Below, piece after piece: positions 19,895 to 28,153 of a stretch of DNA of 64,000 nt (the stretch's first letter is position 1; each line of letters begins with the position of its first letter). The stretch is from Nitrososphaeraceae archaeon (GTDB lineage: Archaea > Thermoproteota > Nitrososphaeria > Nitrososphaerales > Nitrososphaeraceae). The DNA lies in contig JBIOZG010000005.1 in the NCBI GenBank assembly GCA_044870765.1, positions 1-64,000 of the forward strand, in the 5' to 3' direction. The position numbers were made by a program, and so were the translations under genes. The notes under the pieces are model-generated. The model saw nothing but the letters and a program-made list of their open reading frames with translations, was not told the DNA's origin and did no database searches.

Positions 19895-19957
19895 GGTAGG
19901 CATTATCAGCATTTAAAAATGCGGTTTTGGTAATTCCAAGGCTAATGCCATAGCCCA
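19895..19957 (-). ncRNA. Fluoride riboswitch (crcB motif)
   Basis: Minus strand GGGCTATGGCATTAGCC..AAAACCGC..GCTGATAATGCCTAC: P1 GGCTA/TAGCC, pseudoknot GGCATT/AATGCC, conserved AACCGC and GCTGAT..CCTAC; 25 nt upstream of crcB. Confidence 0.92.
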
Positions 19958-19975
19958 GGTAGGTTTTATGACTCT

Positions 19976-19988
19976 AGATATATTAATT
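19976..19988 (-). promoter_or_regulatory. TATA box for the riboswitch-crcB transcript
   Basis: Minus-strand aattaatatatct about 20-30 nt upstream of riboswitch P1. Confidence 0.55.
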
Positions 19989-20023
19989 GTTTACTGATTT
20001 CCTTCGATAGAGCAGTTTGAGAA

Positions 20024-21244
20024 TTAAGAGATTGTGTCAGCAACTTCTGCCTTAGAATATGCTTTCCTTAACCATATTGGAGTAATTAGTGTGGTTACAG
20101 CAACCATAATGATAACGGTCGTGTAGATGTTTGATGACAAAACACCAGACGTTACCCCAATCCCTGCAACTATGAGACCAACTTCTCCTCTTGATATCAT
20201 ACCAATACCTACTATCATAGCCTTTGATTTATTCTTCAAAAATAACAGGGATGGCAATCCACATCCTAGCAATTTACTGACAATTGCAACAACAATTACT
20301 ATAGCGGATAAGACTACGACTTCCATATTCACTCCAGTAAGATTTACTTGTGCGCCAATTATTGCGAAAAATAAAGGACCGAAAATTATCTCTAATTTAT
20401 CGACGTATTCTTCAACTCGTTTTAGTATTTTTGTGCTGGCAATGGCCATTCCTACGGAAAATGATCCTACTATGGGGGATAGTCCTACTGCCGCGGCTAT
20501 TGCTGACGCTCCAAAGAATGAAGCAGTAACTATACCCTCAACACTACCTCTTGCCTTCCATAATCTTTCGGTGTTTACTATTCTTGGTATTATGAGTATG
20601 GCTCCGATAAGTAAGCCAGCAAATATACCTAATATTTTTAGAATTAGAATTATGATATCGATAACGTTTGGCGCCATGTTGTCAGTTTGAACCATTGTCA
20701 CTACAACGGATAGAACTGCTATAGCAAGAATATCATCTACTATAGCCGCTCCTAGAATAATTTTGGCTTCTTTTGTTTGCATCTTTCCAAATTCTGTTAA
20801 CACGCTCACTGATATTGCAATACTGGTTGCAGTAAGTGCGGTTGCAATGAGAACGGATTCCAAAGCGTCTAGTCCATACAGAGTAAATACATAATATCCC
20901 AAGAGGAAAGGAACAATAACTCCACATGCACCGATTGTAAAAGACGCCGCTCCTCCTCTCACGAATTCTTTCGGAGTGATGGTAAGCCCCGCAATGAATA
21001 ATATGACAATTCCGGCGATTTGACCTATTTGCAGAACTGTCTCATTTAAGATCACAAGCGGTTTGCCATCAAATATAGGTATTGAACCCAACGCGAAAGG
21101 ACCTACAATAATACCAGCAATCAACTCGCCTAAAACAGCCGGAAGTCTTAATTTATTGAAAATTTCTGCAAATATTTTTGCGGCAAAAAGCAAGACGGCA
21201 AGGGAAATTAAAACATGTATTATTGCTTCTTGCTCTGCTGCCAA
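20024..21244 (-). CDS. Cation:proton antiporter (CPA2, NapA-like)
   Basis: LPAVLGELIAG, ATSIAIS, GAAIVDDI, KLLGC, GMISRGEVGL; many TM helices. Confidence 0.93.
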   Translation of the reverse strand: MAAEQEAIIHVLISLAVLLFAAKIFAEIFNKLRLPAVLGELIAGIIVGPFALGSIPIFDGKPLVILNETVLQIGQIAGIVILFIAGLTITPKEFVRGGAASFTIGACGVIVPFLLGYYVFTLYGLDALESVLIATALTATSIAISVSVLTEFGKMQTKEAKIILGAAIVDDILAIAVLSVVVTMVQTDNMAPNVIDIIILILKILGIFAGLLIGAILIIPRIVNTERLWKARGSVEGIVTASFFGASAIAAAVGLSPIVGSFSVGMAIASTKILKRVEEYVDKLEIIFGPLFFAIIGAQVNLTGVNMEVVVLSAIVIVVAIVSKLLGCGLPSLLFLKNKSKAMIVGIGMISRGEVGLIVAGIGVTSGVLSSNIYTTVIIMVAVTTLITPIWLRKAYSKAEVADTIS

Positions 21245-21528
21245 CCTTTATCATTACGTTTATGATATTGATTTAATAAAATTTATGATTGCGTCGACTT
21301 TTCCTTATTTAAGTTAGTTTATCCTGTATTATGTAATGGGCTTGTTGACTAATACAAACTTGATAGAATATCCAATCCAGAATTCTTAATTCACTATCCA
21401 ATGGATCGGCTTCAAAAATAGAATCTGATGGGGGATTGTTTTACCAAGTTATGCAGCAGATAAACCAATTGTCCCATCAGATTGATAAGGAACGTAATAT
21501 GTTGAAATTAAAGATAATAAATAATTAA

Positions 21529-21633
21529 CTAATGCGCATAGGCGATAGCGGTTACGACTAACCCCATAACCATAACAGTTAGTGCAGTTGCAACAATTTG
21601 CAATATCAATAATACAATAGTTAAAAAATCCAA
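21529..21633 (-). CDS. 34-aa hydrophobic peptide
   Basis: TTG start; MDFLTIVLLILQIVATALTVMVMGLVVTAIAYAH*; one uninterrupted hydrophobic stretch. Confidence 0.45.
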   Translation of the reverse strand: MDFLTIVLLILQIVATALTVMVMGLVVTAIAYAH

Positions 21634-21919
21634 TTAAAACCTAATGCAAGAAAATTCTGAAAGTTGTTCTATAAATAAAATCGTACTTATATTTCATCAT
21701 CGATTACATCAGAGACTACATATTTCGGATCCCGTTAAGAAGGACCATGCTATTAAAAATTAACTAATTGTAATATAAGACTGAGTAGACAAGATGGAGA
21801 ATAAGAAATTCCTAAAACAATAAAAATAGATGGATATAACAAAATTGTACGCCCTCTAGAAAAGAGACCAGAGAACATTAAAAAAGAATGGTGTGCTTAT
21901 ATTTTCCAATATTAAAGAA

Positions 21920-22015
21920 ATGAAATCATGCTGTTGTGTTTGTCCATGCACTGTTGAATGTCCTTGCAAATGTCCTTGTGATTGTAGCAAATGTATTTGG
22001 GAGAATATGAATTAA
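21920..22015 (+). CDS. 31-aa metallothionein-like Cys-rich peptide
   Basis: MKSCCCVCPCTVECPCKCPCDCSKCIWENMN*; 11 Cys in a 22-residue core, encoded by mixed TGT/TGC codons. Confidence 0.6.
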   Translation: MKSCCCVCPCTVECPCKCPCDCSKCIWENMN

Positions 22016-22417
22016 ATCTAAAAAAGGATATAACTTCTTATTATGATTACTTGATGCAACCAGGCTTTCCTTGAAGGCTTACAACATAAAATAAAAGTTG
22101 TTACTGATTCAACCCATGATTATTCATAAATTCTATTAATTCTTTATCAACATCTATACAAGTTTTGATGTTAAACCAAGATGGAATGAAACCGGTCTTG
22201 ACAAGATCCATTACAACATTTTCATCCTTCGCAACTCGATCAGCAAGTTAAATTGATTGTATAAGCAAAACAAAGGATATTTTTGGTAAGATCATCATCA
22301 ATTTATGCAATCCTAGTTATGTAAGAGGAGGTTCACACATACAAAACATACATGCTTACGCATACTCATGATTACCTAGTTTGATAATTTTGATTATTAA
22401 TTTGATTTACTTTAAAT

Positions 22418-22591
22418 TTACAGATTGCCTTTAAACTGATAATTATCAGCCATATTTTCAGCCTTTGATTTCATCGTTTCTATATAATTTTCATAATTAT
22501 CTGTATAACCGCAATTTTTGCACTCAACTCTTGTAACGTCATCATCAACTTGTGCTCTATTATCACATTTGGGGCATTTTGCGTCAAGCAA
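22418..22591 (-). CDS. 57-aa zinc-ribbon protein
   Basis: MLDAKCPKCDNRAQVDDDVTRVECKNCGYTDNYENYIETMKSKAENMADNYQFKGNL*; TATA-like AT box about 30 nt upstream; resembles 37224..37406. Confidence 0.8.
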   Translation of the reverse strand: MLDAKCPKCDNRAQVDDDVTRVECKNCGYTDNYENYIETMKSKAENMADNYQFKGNL

Positions 22592-22634
22592 TACTTCTTT
22601 AATTTACGTATTCTGGTTATTATATTTTGGTAGT

Positions 22635-23813
22635 TTAAGCCTGAAGGTTGGATTGTCCTAATAGTGGAGTTGCCTTGAGAATAATAATCTCTGAATTAGG
22701 ATTATTTTTAGTTAGTTTTTGAAAATCTGTCTTTGAACATGAAACTACTATGAGTTTTTTTTCACTTGAATAAAAGTCAAACATCGAATCTTGTCTTTCA
22801 ACATCACCCACATAATCTTTCAATCTTGATTCCAATCTGGATATTATTTCCAATCTATCACCTCTCATTTCATTTGGATCACACGTCCATGAAATTATCG
22901 CTTTTGTTTTGCTTGCTTTCAATTCGTATTTCTTTAGAATAATTTTTATCTGTTCGGTCAAGTGTTTTATGTAGTTCTCTACTGTGGCAATATTGCCCTT
23001 AAGCAAGAGAGTCAACGGAGAAATTCCAGTCAGAGATGACAATATAGTATTCAAATCAAATAACCCTCCTACTAGGTCGTCAAGATACATCTCATCAAAT
23101 GATTCGGTTTCAGTATTCTGATGTTGAAAATTATTATCTGCGAATTTGCAAATTTCAAATATTGGCGACATCAAGCCATAATGTCTCAATATTCTAATGC
23201 AATAAATGTACTCTGCAGATTCAATATCTACCATCTTCATTGTTTTGTCGGAATAAAGTCCACTTAACATGCTTGCAAAGTTAGAATTCAGCTCAGTTCT
23301 AGTTCCGATTATTGCATCAAACAAGTTTGACGAAATGGAGCTAATAGGCATATAGTGATAGAATATATTTTTGCCAACACTCAGACCTGTTCGATGTTCT
23401 ATCAAAGTTATGTTTTCATTGTTTACTCCAAAGCCTGCAGGAACGGTGTAGATTATTGAACTATCTTTGCTCACGTGTTTTATCACATCCTGAAACTTGG
23501 ACACAATATGGTTCCTTGCATCAGGCCATGATTTTCTGATTCTTGGACTAAAGAAAATAAATGATGCATTATTGATGGCTACATCAAAAGGTTCAAAATC
23601 CAAGAGAGTTTCGTCTTGAATAAATGAAGTTACACTAGAATAGGTCTTGGCGATATCTGGTTTAAGGGTAATCGCCATTCCAGAAGAATCATCGATAATT
23701 GAAACTGGTATACCTTTAGTAGAAATATGAGAGGCAATTCTATATCCTTCAGTACTTAATCCATAGACAGCTACCTTCGATGATTCAACAGTCAATGGCA
23801 ATATCGACCCCAA
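22635..23813 (-). CDS. Degenerate nucleotide-sugar dehydrogenase-like protein
   Basis: Rossmann-like start KVAVYGLSTEGY, IIYTVPAG, DIESAEY, late DPNEMRGDR; lacks the GGHC catalytic motif. Confidence 0.55.
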   Translation of the reverse strand: MGSILPLTVESSKVAVYGLSTEGYRIASHISTKGIPVSIIDDSSGMAITLKPDIAKTYSSVTSFIQDETLLDFEPFDVAINNASFIFFSPRIRKSWPDARNHIVSKFQDVIKHVSKDSSIIYTVPAGFGVNNENITLIEHRTGLSVGKNIFYHYMPISSISSNLFDAIIGTRTELNSNFASMLSGLYSDKTMKMVDIESAEYIYCIRILRHYGLMSPIFEICKFADNNFQHQNTETESFDEMYLDDLVGGLFDLNTILSSLTGISPLTLLLKGNIATVENYIKHLTEQIKIILKKYELKASKTKAIISWTCDPNEMRGDRLEIISRLESRLKDYVGDVERQDSMFDFYSSEKKLIVVSCSKTDFQKLTKNNPNSEIIILKATPLLGQSNLQA

Positions 23814-23851
23814 TTAGCATATGTGTGTTCCTGAACCAAAATTAAAATTGG

Positions 23852-24964
23852 TTGAAGAAAAGTTTTTTCTATGAGGATACTTATACATGGTGCTTGAGAA
23901 TCTGGTTTGACGTTTTAACCCCAAAACAGGTTATGTTCTTCAAATATGCAGTGGAACTCCTAAGACAAAGAGATTACAAAGTCTTGTGTACGGCAAGAAA
24001 CTATCGAGAATGTGTAAAGTTGGCAAGATTAAAGAAATTTGAACTGAGATTGGTGGGGGAGCATGGGGGTTCCTCAAAATATGACAAATTAAGAGCAAGT
24101 TCTAGCAGGATTTTTGATTTGGCGAAAGAGATTGAGAGATTTAATCCCGATCTATGTATTAGCTTTTCCTCGCCAGAAGCGGCAAGAGTGGCGTTTGGTT
24201 TGGGAATACCTCACATCACCTTTAGTGATTCCCCACATGCTCAGGCTGTTCAAAAGTTGACAGTTCCATTTGTTAATTATCTTTTGTGTCCTTGGATTAT
24301 TCCATATTCAGCATGGGACAATTTGGGTATCTCGAGAAATCAAATTGTTCGTTATCGGGCATTAGATCCGGTTGCGTGGATAAGAAAGGATACAAAAAAT
24401 ATTGACTCGGCTAAATTAATGAAAAAATATCAACTTTCAAAAAGCAATACGTTTGTGATTAGGCCTGAAGAAAGTAAGGCGTCATATTTGATAGACAAGG
24501 CTAATAATGATGTGAATAATATCTTAAAATCTATAGTTCAGAACTTTCATGATACAACAAATATCCTGGTCCTATGCAGATATCAGGACCAAATAAGACA
24601 ATTCAAGGAAAAATATGACGACAAAATCAGGGTATTGGAAAATGTAGTCGACGGCTTGGAGCTTATATCGGTTGCCGATATCTTTATTGGCGGTGGTGGA
24701 ACCATGACTGCCGAATCAGCACTCCTTGGAAAACCAACTATTTCAATTTCTCCGATAAAATTCTATGTAGATGACTACCTGGTAAAAACCAGTCTCATTT
24801 ATAAAATTAAAAATCCAGCCCAGATTGTAAAAACACTACGCCGCATTCAATCTGATAATTTATTTAGGCTTAGGCAGAAAAATAGAGCTCAGCATATACT
24901 GAACCGAATGGAAGATCCAGCGAACAAATTGCTAAAAATTGTTGGTAAATTCGTATCTTTATAA
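23852..24964 (+). CDS. DUF354-family GT-B-fold protein (true start probably TTG about 23894)
   Basis: IWFDVLTPKQV, VGEHGG, SPEAARVAFGLGIP, IRPEE..ASY, GGGGTMTAESALLGKP. Confidence 0.85.
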   Translation: MKKSFFYEDTYTWCLRIWFDVLTPKQVMFFKYAVELLRQRDYKVLCTARNYRECVKLARLKKFELRLVGEHGGSSKYDKLRASSSRIFDLAKEIERFNPDLCISFSSPEAARVAFGLGIPHITFSDSPHAQAVQKLTVPFVNYLLCPWIIPYSAWDNLGISRNQIVRYRALDPVAWIRKDTKNIDSAKLMKKYQLSKSNTFVIRPEESKASYLIDKANNDVNNILKSIVQNFHDTTNILVLCRYQDQIRQFKEKYDDKIRVLENVVDGLELISVADIFIGGGGTMTAESALLGKPTISISPIKFYVDDYLVKTSLIYKIKNPAQIVKTLRRIQSDNLFRLRQKNRAQHILNRMEDPANKLLKIVGKFVSL

Positions 24965-24994
24965 ATCAGGTGTTCCATAAAAAAATCGTCCGGC

Positions 24995-25087
24995 AGCCCG
25001 GTAGAGAATTTATAATTCGCTGAATGTAGTGGCCAAGCATAGAGGCCTTTGGAGCCTTTGACCCCAGTTCGAATCTGGGCCGGGCTA
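24995..25087 (+). tRNA. tRNA-Gln(TTG) with 20-nt non-canonical intron at 10/11 (25005-25024)
   Basis: Exon1 AGCCCGGTAG plus exon2 TGTAGTGGCCAAGCATAGAGGCCTTTGGAGCCTTTGACCCCAGTTCGAATCTGGGCCGGGCTA gives a 73-nt cloverleaf; BHB-like pairing at the junctions. Confidence 0.92.
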
Positions 25088-25349
25088 ATTTAATTTTCTC
25101 GTATTTTAATAATCGTAGTAGTTGAAAGTAGTAACAGTATACATACAAAAACGCTCGTCGCGCATACACACCGAACATAGTATGCTCATGAAATTTAATT
25201 AATACACTAGTAAGATGCTATTCTTAATGAATGTCATTTATTGTATGTCATCATACATTCGGGCAACTTTACACTATATCATTCAAGTCGCATTATACTC
25301 TTTGGGATTGACGAAAAACACTTTACCTTTTATGAGATAATACCGACAT

Positions 25350-25619
25350 TTAGGTATTATATTCTTTCGTAGTATCAATAAGTTCGTTAATATTTGTGAA
25401 AAGCTGCAAAAATCTTAAACCTTTTTCCGTAATCTTATACAAATGTTCATCCTCTTCAACCTTTATTAAATCATTTTCGAGCATTATGGAAAGATATTTT
25501 TTGAGCTGATAATGAGAGAGAAAGGATTTGTACATTATTGTTGTTATTCCGACTCCCTTTGGATTATTTGCGGATTGCAAAATTGAGGCAAAGATATCCG
25601 TGCGGCTTCTGTATTTCAT
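25350..25619 (-). CDS. Winged-HTH transcriptional regulator (archaeal 'YRSRxDI' type)
   Basis: MKYRSRTDIFASIL..TTIMYKSFLSHYQLKKYL..YKITEKGLRFL. Confidence 0.85.
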   Translation of the reverse strand: MKYRSRTDIFASILQSANNPKGVGITTIMYKSFLSHYQLKKYLSIMLENDLIKVEEDEHLYKITEKGLRFLQLFTNINELIDTTKEYNT

Positions 25620-25787
25620 GATTTATACTTTCTGAATACTCAATCAATTTTAATATATCTTGTGGATGTCACGACACCTTTTTGGGACCTAAAACATGCG
25701 AACAAAAGCAAAGAGGTAAAAATAAAAAATAAAAAATAAAAAGTAAAAAGTAAAGAGTAATAAGGAAATAAGATTACTTACGACAAG

Positions 25788-26120
25788 TTGGAAGAAACAC
25801 AATTTAGATACAAAATAACACAGCTTTCCGATAATGGTACTAACATTACTTTGTCCCTAATTGAAGATATCGAATTAGAATCTATATCACAGCAGCAGTT
25901 AATGTTGGAGGCCATTGACAGATCGATATCTGATGACGAGGTAAAGAAGCAAATAAAGCCAATCCTTGAAGCTATACTCCGGTCCCAACCACAAACCGTA
26001 ATCAAGACATATCCAAAGACGCTAGTTCAGATTAATATGCCTAGGCAAAAATACGAAAAAATAGGAAGTCCAGGAGTGGGAAGTGGCATTATCATTGATA
26101 TCAAGGCCGATACCAAGTAG
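25788..26120 (+). CDS. Hypothetical protein, arcadin-1-like
   Basis: Pattern LSLIEDIEL..KPILEAILRSQP..YPKTLVQINM...YEKIGSPGVGSGIIIDI recalls crenarchaeal arcadin-1 (from memory). Confidence 0.5.
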   Translation: MEETQFRYKITQLSDNGTNITLSLIEDIELESISQQQLMLEAIDRSISDDEVKKQIKPILEAILRSQPQTVIKTYPKTLVQINMPRQKYEKIGSPGVGSGIIIDIKADTK

Positions 26121-26232
26121 AACTATTCTGATATCTTAAATGACAATTTTAATTTCTTGGACAAATCTCTAGTAGATTAGATATGCAACTCAAAACAGGT
26201 CTAAGGTAATAGTGCAAATATAAAATAAGATA

Positions 26233-26535
26233 CTAGACGGTATACATTATGCCGCCAGATACAATGGGCACTGAGTCCACATTTGCAATTTCCTTTATCC
26301 TGGCTATTAGAGCATTGAACCAGAGACTATCAATTCCCTGGCTCCAGATGGTTATCTTCTTGTAATCTCTCTTGACTCCATCACTAAAAAAACCGTTACA
26401 ATCTTCTACAGTGATGTTGTTATATTTTTGACTAATTTCATCAATCAAATCTTTAGCCTGAGTCACTAGATATACGATTGTTAGTGTAGGAAAAGGTATA
26501 GTATTAGAAGCTGTTGAGGAGATATCTTCCGCCAT
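26233..26535 (-). CDS. Hypothetical protein (possible PII/ferredoxin-like fold)
   Basis: 100-aa ORF with ATG and upstream AT box; alternating beta/alpha pattern, ITVEDCNGFF. Confidence 0.6.
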   Translation of the reverse strand: MAEDISSTASNTIPFPTLTIVYLVTQAKDLIDEISQKYNNITVEDCNGFFSDGVKRDYKKITIWSQGIDSLWFNALIARIKEIANVDSVPIVSGGIMYTV

Positions 26536-26697
26536 ACTATCTCATCTATTTATTTCATTTAGATAAATATCTTGTTTTTGTAATCACTATGATATTTTTT
26601 GTCTCTTGAAAAATTTAATCTCAAGACTGATAACATGAACGGTAATACATAAACACATAAAGACAGATATAGTTCTGGAGCATTAGATATTGTTCAC

Positions 26698-27222
26698 ATG
26701 AATGACCTTGAGTTCTTGAATGCTCTATTGGCAAGCAACCCATCTTTGAGGTTTTCGGGATTAGTTGAAAAATCAGGACACCTTTGCGCCAGTGTGTTCC
26801 GGCAGGGGCTAAACGAGCACCTTAAAGGACGAAATCCAGAAATAAGCTATACTCAATCTGCGTACATAGTTGAACTGAGGAAAATATTTGAATCTGAATT
26901 GGGGAATCTGCACTCAGTTATTTACGTTTATGAAAAGGTAATTATGTTTAGCATTCCAATAAAAAATCATGTTGTCGTTATTTCCACAGAAAGAAATATC
27001 GACATTAATTCTGTTTTCGAACAAGTACAGTCCTTCATAAAGAATTCTGAATCAGAGTTAGACATACAACTCGATGTAAAAAATATTAGTCTAGATAAGA
27101 AAGAAAGTGTCAGGAATTTATACGATTCTGGGATATCCGAAGAAATGATTGCAGAACAGGTCGACTTGAATTTGGCGACAGTCAAAAATCTGGTAAAAAT
27201 CATCGCTACAAAGACAGACTAG
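26698..27222 (+). CDS. DUF6659/roadblock-like domain fused to C-terminal HTH
   Basis: LRFSGLVEKSG..ELGNLHSVIYVYEKVIMFSIP..VISTE; tail VRNLYDSGISEEMIAEQVDLNLATV. Confidence 0.7.
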   Translation: MNDLEFLNALLASNPSLRFSGLVEKSGHLCASVFRQGLNEHLKGRNPEISYTQSAYIVELRKIFESELGNLHSVIYVYEKVIMFSIPIKNHVVVISTERNIDINSVFEQVQSFIKNSESELDIQLDVKNISLDKKESVRNLYDSGISEEMIAEQVDLNLATVKNLVKIIATKTD

Positions 27223-27319
27223 TGCAAATTATTTTGTTTTACCCATGAGATTTAGATACCAAATCAAATAACTGACTGAGTAACTGACACTTGCAAGCCA
27301 GTCGACGTCTGATTTAGTC

Positions 27320-28060
27320 CTAACCATACGCATCCATCTCACTTTCTGTGCCCTGTGTTTTTATTTTGGTTATCTCTTTTTCAATCTTTTCAGCTTCCTG
27401 TAATAGTAATGGGATGTTGCATGATACACCCGGAACAAGATTGCTTATTGTTGTGGATAACTCTGCTGCCGCTCTAAAATCTGGAATTCCTTCAATAATT
27501 TTTACCAACAAGATGATTACATCAATACCCAACACTGAACTCTGATTTAATAATACTGCCGGAATTCCTCCTATAGTACCATTATTCAGTAACGCTATTT
27601 TTGAATCTTTTAACCTGTTCCTTGCTCGCAATGTATTGCCAATTGCTGCAATTGAATATTCATTTGGATTAGAAGCGTTAATAGGTTGAGGATTTACACT
27701 GTTACTTGAGCTAATGATGAGGTCACATTCATTGTCCTTCGCCCAATTTAGCATAGTATTTCCAACGAGATAGTACAGTGATGGCTCAATACTTATTTCC
27801 GAGATAAAAATTGCTGTCTTTAATTCCTCATTTGCGTATATTCTTACTGGAAAATAAGGGATAGAGTTTCTAACTACAGATAACTGAGAAAAGTACGATG
27901 ATTCTATTGTTGCTATCAATTGTGTGTTGATTGAATGAAGTATACATTCAGATGCAATAGTATTTGTAATTCCAGTCGTTGCGAAACCATCAATCACTGT
28001 TCCACCTTTTAGATTCATTTTCTTTAAAGTCTTGATGACCAATGTCTGCGAGTTTGACAT
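27320..28060 (-). CDS. Proteasome assembly chaperone (PAC2/PbaA-B family)
   Basis: VIDGFATTG, PVRIY, ISEISI, GTIGGIPAVLL, PDFRAAA, LLQEAEKIE, C-terminal AYG (HbYX-like). Confidence 0.88.
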   Translation of the reverse strand: MSNSQTLVIKTLKKMNLKGGTVIDGFATTGITNTIASECILHSINTQLIATIESSYFSQLSVVRNSIPYFPVRIYANEELKTAIFISEISIEPSLYYLVGNTMLNWAKDNECDLIISSSNSVNPQPINASNPNEYSIAAIGNTLRARNRLKDSKIALLNNGTIGGIPAVLLNQSSVLGIDVIILLVKIIEGIPDFRAAAELSTTISNLVPGVSCNIPLLLQEAEKIEKEITKIKTQGTESEMDAYG

Positions 28061-28153
28061 TGATTTATCTTCAGGATACTGCTTTAAGAGTCTTAATACA
28101 CGAATTTGGAAAATTACTATCAGGTTGGATTTAATATTTCTAAAACCGAATCT

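Noticed and set aside
24966-25178. 70-aa minus-strand ORF
   Set aside because: Antisense shadow of tRNA-Gln.
25715-25775. Degenerate TAAAAA(A/G) tandem run
   Set aside because: Low-complexity A-rich spacer; no constant repeat-spacer structure, so not CRISPR.
25088-27300. Possible integrated element downstream of tRNA-Gln (also considered for tRNA-Arg and tRNA-Leu)
   Set aside because: No integrase or transposase and no duplicated tRNA 3' end seen.
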